Shown here piece after piece: positions 1 to 8,724 of a stretch of DNA of 64,000 nucleotides. The stretch comes from Candidatus Woesebacteria bacterium. Its GTDB lineage: Bacteria; Patescibacteriota; Microgenomatia; UBA8517. The notes beneath the pieces were generated by a model. That model was not told the DNA's origin. It made no database searches and worked only from the letters and a program-made list of their open reading frames with translations. Every line of letters begins with the position of its first letter. Position 1 is the stretch's first letter. The stretch lies in assembly GCA_963716475.1 (NCBI GenBank), contig OY970314.1:500790-564789 (forward strand), read 5' to 3'. The translations under genes and the position numbers were made by a program.

Positions 1-249
1 TAACCAAATCGGATCCAATTTCTTAACAAGGGAGATTTTTAATCTCTCCTCCGCGGGCAGAACCGCCAAAGATTCAATGACTTCGTGAACCGCCTGCCCG
101 AGGGCTAGTGGCGGTGATACTATCGTCATTTTGTGACCGGTCCGCGGATCTTTATAAACATTCCGGAGGTAGTATCCCCTGGGGCATTTCAGAAAATCCG
201 AAATTGAAGAATGGGAAACCCAGGTTGCGGAATATTTGTCTGGAGCCAT
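1..249 (-). CDS. PD-(D/E)XK nuclease family protein (RecB/AddB-like), 5' part only; runs off the window edge
   Basis: Manual translation from ATG at 249: MAPDKYSATWVSHSSISDFLKCPRGYYLRNVYKDPRTGHKMTIVSPPLALGQAVHEVIE. The S.S.I..F..CPR.YY and G..VH.V.E motifs are typical of the PDDEXK_1 N-terminus. Not in the ORF track because it is truncated. Confidence 0.8.
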   Translation of the reverse strand, partial: MAPDKYSATWVSHSSISDFLKCPRGYYLRNVYKDPRTGHKMTIVSPPLALGQAVHEVIESLAVLPAEERLKISLVKKLDPIWL

Positions 250-250
250 A

Positions 251-739
251 TTAACGGTTTACAATTTTGTTGGTAGTTGTGTCCCAACACTCCGGAATCA
301 TATCGGTAGGGAATGCCGGGTAGGGAGCAATGTCTGAACAGTTAATTTGTCCGTTCCCGTCCCAAACCAATTTCCAAATTCCGCTAACCTTGGCGGCATA
401 CCACATTCCCCCTCCGCCTTGCCCCGAGGCCCCGCCCGATGCATAATTACCTTCAATTTTTGAGATAGTAATATTTAAGGTTTGTGCATCCGGTCCGTGT
501 TCGGAAACGAGAGCCGCCTGGACTGCAGAAACGATAGATATATTTTCATCAGCAACTTGTGTGGTGGAAGGCGTCGCTGTCGCAGTAACAACAATCGGAA
601 CGGGTGTTTGGGAAACCTGGCTTTGTGTAGCAACCGGAGACTTATTGTAAGACGGAAAAGTCGGCAGTCCCTTGTAATAAAAAGTTGCCCCCAGAAAAAC
701 TACAACCGCTGTAATAAAAACTGCAATAAAGTATTTCAT
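251..739 (-). CDS. Hypothetical membrane-anchored surface protein (N-terminal TM, S/T/P/Q-rich linker, small C-terminal domain with two Cys)
   Basis: 162 aa ORF; hydrophobic N-terminus, low-complexity TQSQVSQTPVPIVVTATATPSTT linker; ATGA overlap with the upstream gene. Confidence 0.75.
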   Translation of the reverse strand: MKYFIAVFITAVVVFLGATFYYKGLPTFPSYNKSPVATQSQVSQTPVPIVVTATATPSTTQVADENISIVSAVQAALVSEHGPDAQTLNITISKIEGNYASGGASGQGGGGMWYAAKVSGIWKLVWDGNGQINCSDIAPYPAFPTDMIPECWDTTTNKIVNR

Positions 740-1551
740 TTTGACTTATTATATCGTGGTTTTTTAACAAAAAACAATATAAATCCCAATACAATAGCGG
801 CGCTTCCGAATAACAGCCATATGCTCAAAAGTCCCTGAATAACCGGAGGGGCAACTATTCCGATAATAGAATCACCCATGTTAGAACTACCCGCAAGATC
901 CCTTGCCCAATTAATTCGAATAATTGTACCTGCACCCGCTATGATTAGCGCCAATACTCCTGAGATTACCAGGGCAATACCCGGAGCAACCAACCTTTTT
1001 CCGAAACCTTCAGAAATAAATAAAAGGCAAAATAACAAAACCAGTATTAGAGAAGTTAAAATGTAGAGTATCCAACTTCCGGTTCCTGTTTGGGAAATCG
1101 ATTGAATTTGGTTAGCGGAAATTCCCGGCACATTAAACTCTTTGAGTAATTCAGGCAAACTCATTTCTGTTTTGACTGTATTTATATTTTTAGAAAGCAA
1201 CGATTCAGGAATTTTATTTACGGGCACATAAACGATAAATTCGCTTGTTTTTCCGTTGACATACTGCAAAACATTATTAACATTCCTGGTGATTAGATCT
1301 TCTAAATTCCCGGGAGTTATCAAATCCGTAAAAATCTTTACGTCGCTGGCCTTGCCTCCCTCAGCAATGGTTTGAGATTCCAGATTTTTGTTGATAGACG
1401 CGGAAAGTACGGAATATATATCACCGGAAGTAAAAGTTTTTTCCCAAAACGAAGCAGTCAAAAGCTGAAACCTCAGGTTAAAGGCAAGAAGAAATATCAG
1501 AAAAACCGGGACAAAAATAATTATTAAGATAATTTTACCAATAAGTTTCAT
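736..1551 (-). CDS. Hypothetical membrane protein (1 N-terminal and ~3 C-terminal TM segments)
   Basis: 271 aa ORF with clear hydrophobic segments; operon-like overlap with the downstream gene. Confidence 0.75.
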   Translation of the reverse strand: MKLIGKIILIIIFVPVFLIFLLAFNLRFQLLTASFWEKTFTSGDIYSVLSASINKNLESQTIAEGGKASDVKIFTDLITPGNLEDLITRNVNNVLQYVNGKTSEFIVYVPVNKIPESLLSKNINTVKTEMSLPELLKEFNVPGISANQIQSISQTGTGSWILYILTSLILVLLFCLLFISEGFGKRLVAPGIALVISGVLALIIAGAGTIIRINWARDLAGSSNMGDSIIGIVAPPVIQGLLSIWLLFGSAAIVLGFILFFVKKPRYNKSK

Positions 1552-1646
1552 AACAATTTCATAGAACTTGATATACCGCCTCCTTTCGGAAGTGTTATAA
1601 CAGTTTCATAGAACCTGATATATCATCTTCCCACGGAAGATGTTAT
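1550..1646. repeat. Two-copy imperfect tandem repeat (47/48 bp), each copy forming two hairpins, in a divergent intergenic region
   Basis: Copy 1 (1550-1596) ATAACAATTTCATAGAACTTGATATACCGCCTCCTTTCGGAAGTGTT; copy 2 (1597-1644) ATAACAGTTTCATAGAACCTGATATATCATCTTCCCACGGAAGATGTT; the junction forms the palindrome TGTTATAACA (1593-1602). Confidence 0.85.
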
Positions 1647-1689
1647 TGCACAATTAGTATACAATAGTGAAAGAACGGGGGTGATAGAT

Positions 1690-2073
1690 ATGGCAGGATT
1701 TAAAGGTAATTTAGAAAAAGATACATTAGCAAACACATATTTCCGGCATGTAATTTATACCGCACCGCATTCCCAGTTAGTGCTTATGTGCCTGGCCCCC
1801 GGTGAGGAAATCGGAATGGAGGTTCATCCCGATAATGACCAATTCTTAAGATTTGAAGAGGGTGAATGGGAAGCTGTAATTTCGGATGAAAAGTTTTCGG
1901 GAGGCGCAGGAGATTGCGTAATTGTTCCCGCAGGAAACTATCACAATATAATTAATACCTCGAAAGATAAAGAATTAAAGCTTTACACGGTATATTCGCC
2001 GGCACATCACCCGGATGGGACAATTCACAAAACCAAAGCGGAAGCAATGCAAGCCGAAGCATCGGAAAAGTAG
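1690..2073 (+). CDS. Cupin domain protein (cupin_2, mannose-6-phosphate-isomerase-like)
   Basis: Motifs GEEIGMEVHPDNDQFLRFEEG and GDCVIVPAGNYHNIIN; ATG at 1690 follows the SD-like GGGGGTGA (track start is GTG 1681). Confidence 0.85.
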   Translation: MAGFKGNLEKDTLANTYFRHVIYTAPHSQLVLMCLAPGEEIGMEVHPDNDQFLRFEEGEWEAVISDEKFSGGAGDCVIVPAGNYHNIINTSKDKELKLYTVYSPAHHPDGTIHKTKAEAMQAEASEK

Positions 2074-2076
2074 AAA

Positions 2077-2682
2077 CTAAAATAGACTGTTTTGAATTGT
2101 GGAGACATCCTCTTTAGGATATGAAAAATCCAGTTTAATTTCGCGTGTTTCGTTCCAAAAATCAACATATTTTAAAAATCCGTTTTTAAGAACATGGTCA
2201 TAGATATCGCGGGTTAAGGCTACATCCATTTCACAATATTTCTTAAGTTTCGCCAGGCTTTCATCGGTTCCCTCATTCCAATACTTAATGGCATTTACCC
2301 CGTTGTCATTCTTGGCATTTCCCAGAGTCGCCTTGGCCAAAGAGTCGAGCGACATCCGTTTGCCTATGGCCTCCTTAATTTTCGAAAGTATATCGAAATG
2401 CTTCAATTTCGGCCAATGGGGCGGAAGATATGGCGAAAGAGCGGGAACATCAAAGCCGATAGAATTAAAACCGATAATCCTGTCTGCCTTTTCAAACAAT
2501 GTGAACATTTCCTGAAAATCTTTCTCCCAAAAGCTCTGCATTTTCCCGTCGATCTCTTCCAGGTTCTCGTCCAATCTCCGGGAATAAACCGAAGTTATTG
2601 ATACCCCGAGTTTACTTGGGTCGTATCCTTCCACGTCACTAAAAAACTTCTTTGTTTCCGTGTCAAAAATTACCTCAAACAT
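2077..2682 (-). CDS. Ribonuclease H-like / DnaQ-like 3'-5' exonuclease (RNase_H_2, YprB-like)
   Basis: Exo motifs IFDTETK, GFNSIGFDVP and SLDSLAKATLG...KYCEMDV; start moved to ATG 2682 (MFEVIFD). Confidence 0.8.
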   Translation of the reverse strand: MFEVIFDTETKKFFSDVEGYDPSKLGVSITSVYSRRLDENLEEIDGKMQSFWEKDFQEMFTLFEKADRIIGFNSIGFDVPALSPYLPPHWPKLKHFDILSKIKEAIGKRMSLDSLAKATLGNAKNDNGVNAIKYWNEGTDESLAKLKKYCEMDVALTRDIYDHVLKNGFLKYVDFWNETREIKLDFSYPKEDVSTIQNSLF

Positions 2683-2738
2683 AGATCCAATCATTTTACG
2701 CAAGTAACGGTTCGTTTTCAAATATCCGGCAAGCAAAC

Positions 2739-3506
2739 TTATTTTCTTCTGAAGATGTAACTAAGAATAAATAGGACAACCGAAAAAAGAACCACTGCCG
2801 GCCCTGAGGCGATGCCAAATATTCTTGCTATCAATATTCCGGCAACAGACGCGACTATTCCGATTGATACCGAATACAAATGAAAACTTTTCAGACTTCC
2901 GGAAATATTCTTGGCAGTTGCCGCAGGAATAATAACCATAGCCCCGGTAAGAAGAGTGCCCAAAAATTTCACCCCCATAGCCACAACCAGGGCGACCAGT
3001 AGTAGGTAAACCAAATTAATCTTCCTTATATCAATCTTTTGAGATTTCGCAAGGTCTTCGGAAACAACCCCCAGTAAAAGCTTCTTGGAAATATCAGCTG
3101 TAGCCATAAATATAACAACTGCACCCATAAGTACGACTACCCCGTCAAAAATACCAATTTTATCGATATTTCCAAACAACGCTTCAAGTAGGTCGGGTTC
3201 GGGAGTTAAGAGCAAACCGATTGAGAGACTTGCAGTAAAAAAAACACCCACCAAAGCTTCGGGATAAACTTCGGAATGTTCGCTTAAATACCAAATACCG
3301 AAAGTTGCAATAACCAATGCTACAAGCGCTCCAAGCATAGGATTAATGCCAAAAGTTAAGGCAATAGCTATTCCGGGAAGAGCCACATGACTTAGAGCGT
3401 CCCCAACAAGAGACATCCTTTTAAGAACCATAAAGCTGCCCAGAAAACCTGACGACGCGCCGACCAGTACTCCAACTATCAATAGAAATAATAAATTAGT
3501 GTTCAT
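2739..3506 (-). CDS. znuB: Zn/Mn ABC transporter permease (ABC-3 family, ZnuB-like)
   Basis: GSFMVLKRMSLVGDALSHVALPG signature, LFGNI, IIPAATA, SGPAVV. Confidence 0.9.
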   Translation of the reverse strand: MNTNLLFLLIVGVLVGASSGFLGSFMVLKRMSLVGDALSHVALPGIAIALTFGINPMLGALVALVIATFGIWYLSEHSEVYPEALVGVFFTASLSIGLLLTPEPDLLEALFGNIDKIGIFDGVVVLMGAVVIFMATADISKKLLLGVVSEDLAKSQKIDIRKINLVYLLLVALVVAMGVKFLGTLLTGAMVIIPAATAKNISGSLKSFHLYSVSIGIVASVAGILIARIFGIASGPAVVLFSVVLFILSYIFRRK

Positions 3507-4248
3507 GTAAATGATGCGGCTCTAAATGTTTATGTAGCCGGACATCTTCACCATATAATTTAGCTAATGTTTCTTTATTAACAACATCCATCGGCGGCCC
3601 AAAAGAAATATTTTCCTTATTCAGACACAATACATTATTTGCGTAATGGTTAACTACCTGAAGTTCATGAGAAATAAAAATAATTGTTAAATCCTCGTCC
3701 GCTTGGAGCTTGTGAATGAGATCATAAATTGTCTCCTCGCCGGATACATCTACTCCGGCTGTGGGTTCATCAAAAAGAAGGACATTGGGGTCACCCAAAA
3801 GAGCGTAGGCAATTAATACTCTTTGGAGTTCACCCCCGGAAAGGTCTCCCAGACATGTATTCAATACTCTTTTATCATTATGCAAATGCTCCGCAACTTC
3901 CAAAAAGCCGACAGATCTGATAACTTCATAAATTTTTGCTTGGTCTTTTTCCTTGAAACGCAAGAATTCATTTACGGTTAACGGAAGATCTTTTGCAACC
4001 GCCAATTTTTGGGGAACATAACCGATTCTTGCATCACTCGCCCACTCAACTTTACCGGTATAAGGAACTAAACCCAAAAGTGCCCTGAAAAGAACCGATT
4101 TTCCCGCACCGTTCGGACCGATTATTGCCAAAGTATCGTCACGCATAACTTCGAAACTGATATCATCCAGGATTGTATGATTATCAAACTCCACCTTCAG
4201 TCCGGTAACTGTGAGAATATTTTTTTTATTTTCCATGAAATCCTCCAA
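3496..4248 (-). CDS. znuC: Zn/Mn ABC transporter ATPase (ZnuC-like) with His-rich C-terminus
   Basis: Walker A GPNGAGKS, IGYVPQ, LSGGELQRV, LLFDEPT, ISHEL; tail HKHLEPHHLHEH. Confidence 0.9.
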   Translation of the reverse strand: MEDFMENKKNILTVTGLKVEFDNHTILDDISFEVMRDDTLAIIGPNGAGKSVLFRALLGLVPYTGKVEWASDARIGYVPQKLAVAKDLPLTVNEFLRFKEKDQAKIYEVIRSVGFLEVAEHLHNDKRVLNTCLGDLSGGELQRVLIAYALLGDPNVLLFDEPTAGVDVSGEETIYDLIHKLQADEDLTIIFISHELQVVNHYANNVLCLNKENISFGPPMDVVNKETLAKLYGEDVRLHKHLEPHHLHEH

Positions 4249-4251
4249 TAA

Positions 4252-4797
4252 TTATTGTACCATCCTTTTACCCACCCTTTCCGAATAAATTTGTCGTTCT
4301 ATAACCTCCTCCAATTTTTCATCGGGAGAATAAAGAATTTTACCTCCGGGCCAGTAGCCCAATGTTATAAGTAAGTCGGTAATAAAGTTGAGACGCAGTT
4401 TTTTAAGCATTTTTGCCGACTTCAATTTTTGCAGAGAATCGAGAAGCAAATCATATACTTCGGTTTTTTCCTCACCTTCATGGGTAATACGCCCGACGAC
4501 TTCCATTAAATAATATGCCAGAGAAATCCTTCTTAGGCTTCCCCTAATCTCCTTAAAGTTTTCAATAACTTCCGCTTCAGTCATAATATCCAATCCGCGG
4601 CCGAGTACGGCTTGAAATTTAATCTTATTAAAAACCTCAACGTGGCCTCTCTTTTTACTTTTCGGGCGACGGATTCCCTTAGCCAATAAACTGATTTTGC
4701 CGAAATTTTTGGTATAAAGAACAAGAATTCTATCTGCCTCACCAAAGTTGCGTCTTGCAAGTACTACTCCTTCGGAAGTGTATGCCCGGGGCTTCAT
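4252..4797 (-). CDS. recO: DNA repair protein RecO (short form)
   Basis: EGVVLARRNFGEADRILVLYTKNFGKISLLAKGIRRPKSK is the RecO N-terminal OB-fold signature. Confidence 0.92.
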   Translation of the reverse strand: MKPRAYTSEGVVLARRNFGEADRILVLYTKNFGKISLLAKGIRRPKSKKRGHVEVFNKIKFQAVLGRGLDIMTEAEVIENFKEIRGSLRRISLAYYLMEVVGRITHEGEEKTEVYDLLLDSLQKLKSAKMLKKLRLNFITDLLITLGYWPGGKILYSPDEKLEEVIERQIYSERVGKRMVQ

Positions 4798-4805
4798 AAT
4801 CGAAG

Positions 4806-4814
4806 ATTATATCA
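4806..4814 (-). promoter_or_regulatory. Extended -10 box (TGaTATAAT) 8 nt upstream of the recO ATG; probable leaderless transcript
   Basis: Minus strand reads TGATATAATcttcgattATG; no SD visible. Confidence 0.6.
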
Positions 4815-4840
4815 GACTATATCTGTTGTCCGCTCCTTGT

Positions 4841-6862
4841 CTAAATTCCAATTTTCAGTTCCTTATCTGTTTTTAAATAAAACTCTTCCGAATGCTTACC
4901 TAGATTAACGGTATACAAAAACCCGTCCGTCCCCGGTTGTTTTTGTATAAGAAGGTTGTATTGCCCGGAGACTTTAAACGGCAGCTTATATTGAAATGTA
5001 ACTTTTGAGACCCCTTCCGGTCTAAGTTGGAAAAATCCGGCAAATACGGTTTTTCCCAAATCTTCATACGGATCCTGCTTGGCCTCAAGGCCCTCGGAAG
5101 TGATAAGTTGGCTACCTTTGGGAACATAAACCCGCACCCAAGTAGGTAATACTGAATTAAGCCAGCCGTCCTGGCTTTGAGGATTTTTATAAGTAATTGT
5201 TACGGTTTTGGTTACACTTCCGTCAGAAGCGATTACAACATCCTGCTGAACTTCTTCATAGGCGTAGAGATTAGATTTGCGCCCTCCCAGGTTGGCGTCA
5301 TTGATATGAAGATAGTCGCCGCTATAGTCCCTGATGGCTCCTCCTACGCCAAAATCGGAAACTGCGGCTTCCACTTTAGTGTCCATCAGGTAGAAAAGAA
5401 CGTGTTTTTCAATCAAAGAATTAAATGCGGCTTGCATCAATCCGGGAAGTTTATCTTTTGGTTGTCCCAAAGCATTTGCCAAAATCGAATTCATCAGAGG
5501 ACCTATTATTTTCTTTCTATTATCCGAGTTTGGGGGTCTTTGAATAATCTTTCCGGTTAGGGGATCCCAAATAATCGGGCCTTCTACATCTGCAAAAGCT
5601 TCAAGTTCATGTATAACCTGGGCACAGTTACACTGCGGATCAATTTTTGTACTAAAGTTTCCGAATCCGGGAACGCCGATCGGCCCTATTACATCCAGTA
5701 AATTCACGAGAAGTTGCGTATCAACCGCAATAACTCCGTCAATATTGGTTATGCCAACCTGTTTGGCGGCAGGGAGAACTGTCTGCATACTTGTGGCAAA
5801 ATCCGGTGACCAGTTCATGTCCCTGAGTCTCCAATTTTGAGACAAAACGTAAGGACCTTTTATATATTTAATAATAGGGGCAGGAGCCGGAATTGAGGGT
5901 TTATACTGCGCATCCAGCGTATAAATGTCACTACTTGACGCCGGAGTAAATTTTGCCTTATCTACTTTCATGATCGCATAGGCCGTCATAAATCCCCCCG
6001 TGGGACGGAGTTCCTTGTCGTTTTGGAAAAGAATAAGATACGTCCTGGGAGCATCCATTCCGAGCAGGTATGGCGCGGATTCCAAGAACGGTTTACCGTT
6101 AACAATAAAAGTCGCCGCCTCGTCAACCAGGCTTTGAGCATTTTTAATCTGGGACTTTACAGCCTTTCCCTGAAAATTGTCGGGGTATCTGTCCGGGTTA
6201 ATTTGTGAAAGTTCATCTTCAACGGTTTTTACCTTACTGGATATAGAATCTATCTGAGGCAGAATGTCCGGGATCGTTTTTATCACAAAATCTATTCTCT
6301 CCTGTGTTGTTTGTGCTCCTGTTTTTGCAGCCAGCACTGTGCTTGAATTTTCGTTAAATCCCAAAAGGTCAGCGTAGGGTTGCGCGACAGTCAAAACAAT
6401 TTTTCCCGCGTCGAGGCCCGCCTCCCCCGCTCTGATTCCGTGCCCTGCGTCATCAATATACGGCCCTATAAATGGGATAAACTTTTCCCAGGCAATAAGT
6501 CTATAAGTAGAGGCCAGTGCGTTTAGGGAATTTTGGGTATTACCCAAATCGGACCCGATTTTCGTAAGATCCTGTGATTTTGCCGAATCGGCAAGTTTGC
6601 CGATATCCGCAATAAGGTTTTTCCCTTTTTGGTACAGAAGAAACCCCGAAATCAGGTTGTAAAACAAAAAAAATACTACTATCCCTCCTGCGATCCACCA
6701 AATCTTTTTTCTGCTCACGGTTTTTACTGGTGTCTTCACTTTCTGTGGATCTTCGTTCCGGGAAACATCTATCTTTGGAACCAAAATCGATTCCTTGACG
6801 GGCTCTTTGCCTGGAACAGTGTCCGGATTTATTTTGGGTAACTGACCACTCTCATTCGGCAT
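4841..6862 (-). CDS. DUF4012 domain-containing membrane-anchored protein
   Basis: Single TM, long helical stalk, then YLLGMDAPRTYLILFQNDKELRPTGGF, LRDMNWSPDF and IDGVIAVD; C-terminal YNLLIQKQPG. Confidence 0.85.
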   Translation of the reverse strand: MPNESGQLPKINPDTVPGKEPVKESILVPKIDVSRNEDPQKVKTPVKTVSRKKIWWIAGGIVVFFLFYNLISGFLLYQKGKNLIADIGKLADSAKSQDLTKIGSDLGNTQNSLNALASTYRLIAWEKFIPFIGPYIDDAGHGIRAGEAGLDAGKIVLTVAQPYADLLGFNENSSTVLAAKTGAQTTQERIDFVIKTIPDILPQIDSISSKVKTVEDELSQINPDRYPDNFQGKAVKSQIKNAQSLVDEAATFIVNGKPFLESAPYLLGMDAPRTYLILFQNDKELRPTGGFMTAYAIMKVDKAKFTPASSSDIYTLDAQYKPSIPAPAPIIKYIKGPYVLSQNWRLRDMNWSPDFATSMQTVLPAAKQVGITNIDGVIAVDTQLLVNLLDVIGPIGVPGFGNFSTKIDPQCNCAQVIHELEAFADVEGPIIWDPLTGKIIQRPPNSDNRKKIIGPLMNSILANALGQPKDKLPGLMQAAFNSLIEKHVLFYLMDTKVEAAVSDFGVGGAIRDYSGDYLHINDANLGGRKSNLYAYEEVQQDVVIASDGSVTKTVTITYKNPQSQDGWLNSVLPTWVRVYVPKGSQLITSEGLEAKQDPYEDLGKTVFAGFFQLRPEGVSKVTFQYKLPFKVSGQYNLLIQKQPGTDGFLYTVNLGKHSEEFYLKTDKELKIGI

Positions 6863-6880
6863 GATTTATGATACAACAAA

Positions 6881-7531
6881 TCACACGGCGCCGACACCGC
6901 TAATCATCGCGATAGGGGTTTTAAGAATTATAATAAAGTCCATCCATAGGGATTTCTTTCTGGCATAGAGAGCATCCATTTCGATCCTTTTGTCAAAATT
7001 TATATTGCTTCTACCCGTAACTTGCCAGTGCCCAGTTATTCCGGGTTTTACCGTTTGAGTTTCTATTACAAATTTATGAGTTCCCGGATACCTTTTCTGT
7101 TGTTCTTCAATCTCATCGGCATGATACGGCCTCGGGCCAACCAGACTCATTTCTCCTTTTAAAACATTAAAAAGCTGGGGCATTTCATCGATTGAGTATT
7201 TTCTTATAAATCTTCCGAATTTTGTAACACGCGGGTCTTCGTGAAGTTTAAAACTGGACTTCTTATATTCGGTATATAGTTTTTTAAATCGAGGATCCCG
7301 GGTTAATATATAATCGGCATTGACGGCCATTGATCGGAATTTATAAAGCCTGAATATTTTCCCGTTTTTCCCAATACGCTTCATGTGTGAGTTGGTTTTT
7401 TCAACAAGCGCAGGTCCGGAGGAAGTCAGCTTTATTATAATCGCAGCAAGAAGCATTATCGGGGAAAAAAGAACAATTAAGATTACCGAGAGCGTGATAT
7501 CCATAATTCTTTTAATAAAGTCGTAAATCAT
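6881..7531 (-). CDS. Priming sugar transferase (monotopic polyprenyl-phosphate phosphoglycosyl transferase, Bac_transf family)
   Basis: KRIMDI, FRLYKFRSM, DPRVTKFGRFIRKYSIDEMPQLFNVLKGEMSLVGPRP, KPGITGHWQVTGRS. Confidence 0.93.
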   Translation of the reverse strand: MIYDFIKRIMDITLSVILIVLFSPIMLLAAIIIKLTSSGPALVEKTNSHMKRIGKNGKIFRLYKFRSMAVNADYILTRDPRFKKLYTEYKKSSFKLHEDPRVTKFGRFIRKYSIDEMPQLFNVLKGEMSLVGPRPYHADEIEEQQKRYPGTHKFVIETQTVKPGITGHWQVTGRSNINFDKRIEMDALYARKKSLWMDFIIILKTPIAMISGVGAV

Positions 7532-7541
7532 AAAGCTTTAA

Positions 7542-8696
7542 TTATAGAAGATCTGCCCTTTTCTCCTCCTTTAATCTCTCAACGATATTTTTGACGGCTT
7601 GTGCGTGGCTTTTTGAACAAACAAGGAGTGCATCTTTTGTATCAACAATAATTATATTATCCAATCCTACGACAGCAACCATTCTACCGTCAGTATGAAT
7701 AAGAGCGTCAGATGTGTCGACATTCAATACTTCTCCACCGGGTTCGTCCCCTGAGATAACAACATTGCTTTTATTGTCCTTCTTAGAATTCGCCCAAACT
7801 TCTCTCCAATCTCCGATATCTGTCCAGAAAAAGTCTCCCGCAACCACAACAAAATTATCCGCCTTCTCTGCAACCGCGTAATCGATAGAAATCGTAGGCA
7901 TCTCCTTGTACTCTTTTTCGATAATCTCACCTTGCTTTATGGTCCCGATCTGAGGCCGAATTTTTTCCAAATTCTCCCAAATTCTGGGTGCATGAACTTT
8001 AATAGCGGAAAGAATAACATCCGCCCGCCACACAAAAACCCCGGTATTCCAAAGGTATTCTCCCGAGGCCGTGTACTTTTTCGCCAGTTCTATCGGGGGC
8101 TTCTCGACAAACTTATCAAGTACGTAGAAATCGATATCTCCCTTTACGGAAATCTTCTTTCCTTTTCTTATGTGTCCCATTCCGGTGTGGGGATAGCGCG
8201 GCTCGACACCGATTGTTATTAACACCTTACTATCGTAAGCCTTCTTTGCGGCAGCTGTCAGCGTATCTAAATACCTACTGATTGGCTTAACTATCCTATC
8301 CGCTGCCTCCGTTATAATTACAGCATTGGGGTCTTTGCTCTGAATTACCAGGGCTCCCAACCCGTGGGCCGGCCCCGTTTCTCTCCTCTCGGGTTCGACA
8401 ATTACGTTCTCCCTGTGCAAACGCGGGCACTCCTTAAGCACTTCGGCCCTATATTCATTCGAAACGGTAATTATGTATATTTTCTCCCAAGGTAAAATTT
8501 CACTAAAACGCCTGACTGCCACCTGTGTTAATGTTTCGTTATCAAATAATTTCAAGAATTGCTTTGGAGTTTTTTGCCTTGATCTCGGCCAGAGTCGTGT
8601 TCCCCCGCCTCCGGCTAAAATCAAGCCGTAAATATGATTTTTATAGTCGTCCTTCTTCAACGGATTTATTTTTTCTAAAATCTCTTTAATTTTCAT
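7542..8696 (-). CDS. manC: Mannose-1-phosphate guanylyltransferase (no C-terminal PMI domain)
   Basis: LILAGGGGTRLWPRSRQKTPKQF, FVEKP, WNTGVF, ISIDYAVAEK, WTDIGDW; probable start ATG 8696 (track 8741). Confidence 0.9.
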   Translation of the reverse strand: MKIKEILEKINPLKKDDYKNHIYGLILAGGGGTRLWPRSRQKTPKQFLKLFDNETLTQVAVRRFSEILPWEKIYIITVSNEYRAEVLKECPRLHRENVIVEPERRETGPAHGLGALVIQSKDPNAVIITEAADRIVKPISRYLDTLTAAAKKAYDSKVLITIGVEPRYPHTGMGHIRKGKKISVKGDIDFYVLDKFVEKPPIELAKKYTASGEYLWNTGVFVWRADVILSAIKVHAPRIWENLEKIRPQIGTIKQGEIIEKEYKEMPTISIDYAVAEKADNFVVVAGDFFWTDIGDWREVWANSKKDNKSNVVISGDEPGGEVLNVDTSDALIHTDGRMVAVVGLDNIIIVDTKDALLVCSKSHAQAVKNIVERLKEEKRADLL

Positions 8697-8724
8697 AACA
8701 GTTTTTAGCGTACGGAGGATGTTA

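Noticed and set aside
1-249. Cas4 call for the PD-(D/E)XK gene
   Set aside because: Only the N-terminus is visible, there is no CRISPR context, and generic RecB-family nucleases share the motif.
1550-1646. CRISPR array interpretation of the tandem repeat
   Set aside because: Only two imperfect adjacent copies; the intervening parts are similar hairpins rather than unique spacers; no cas genes in the window.
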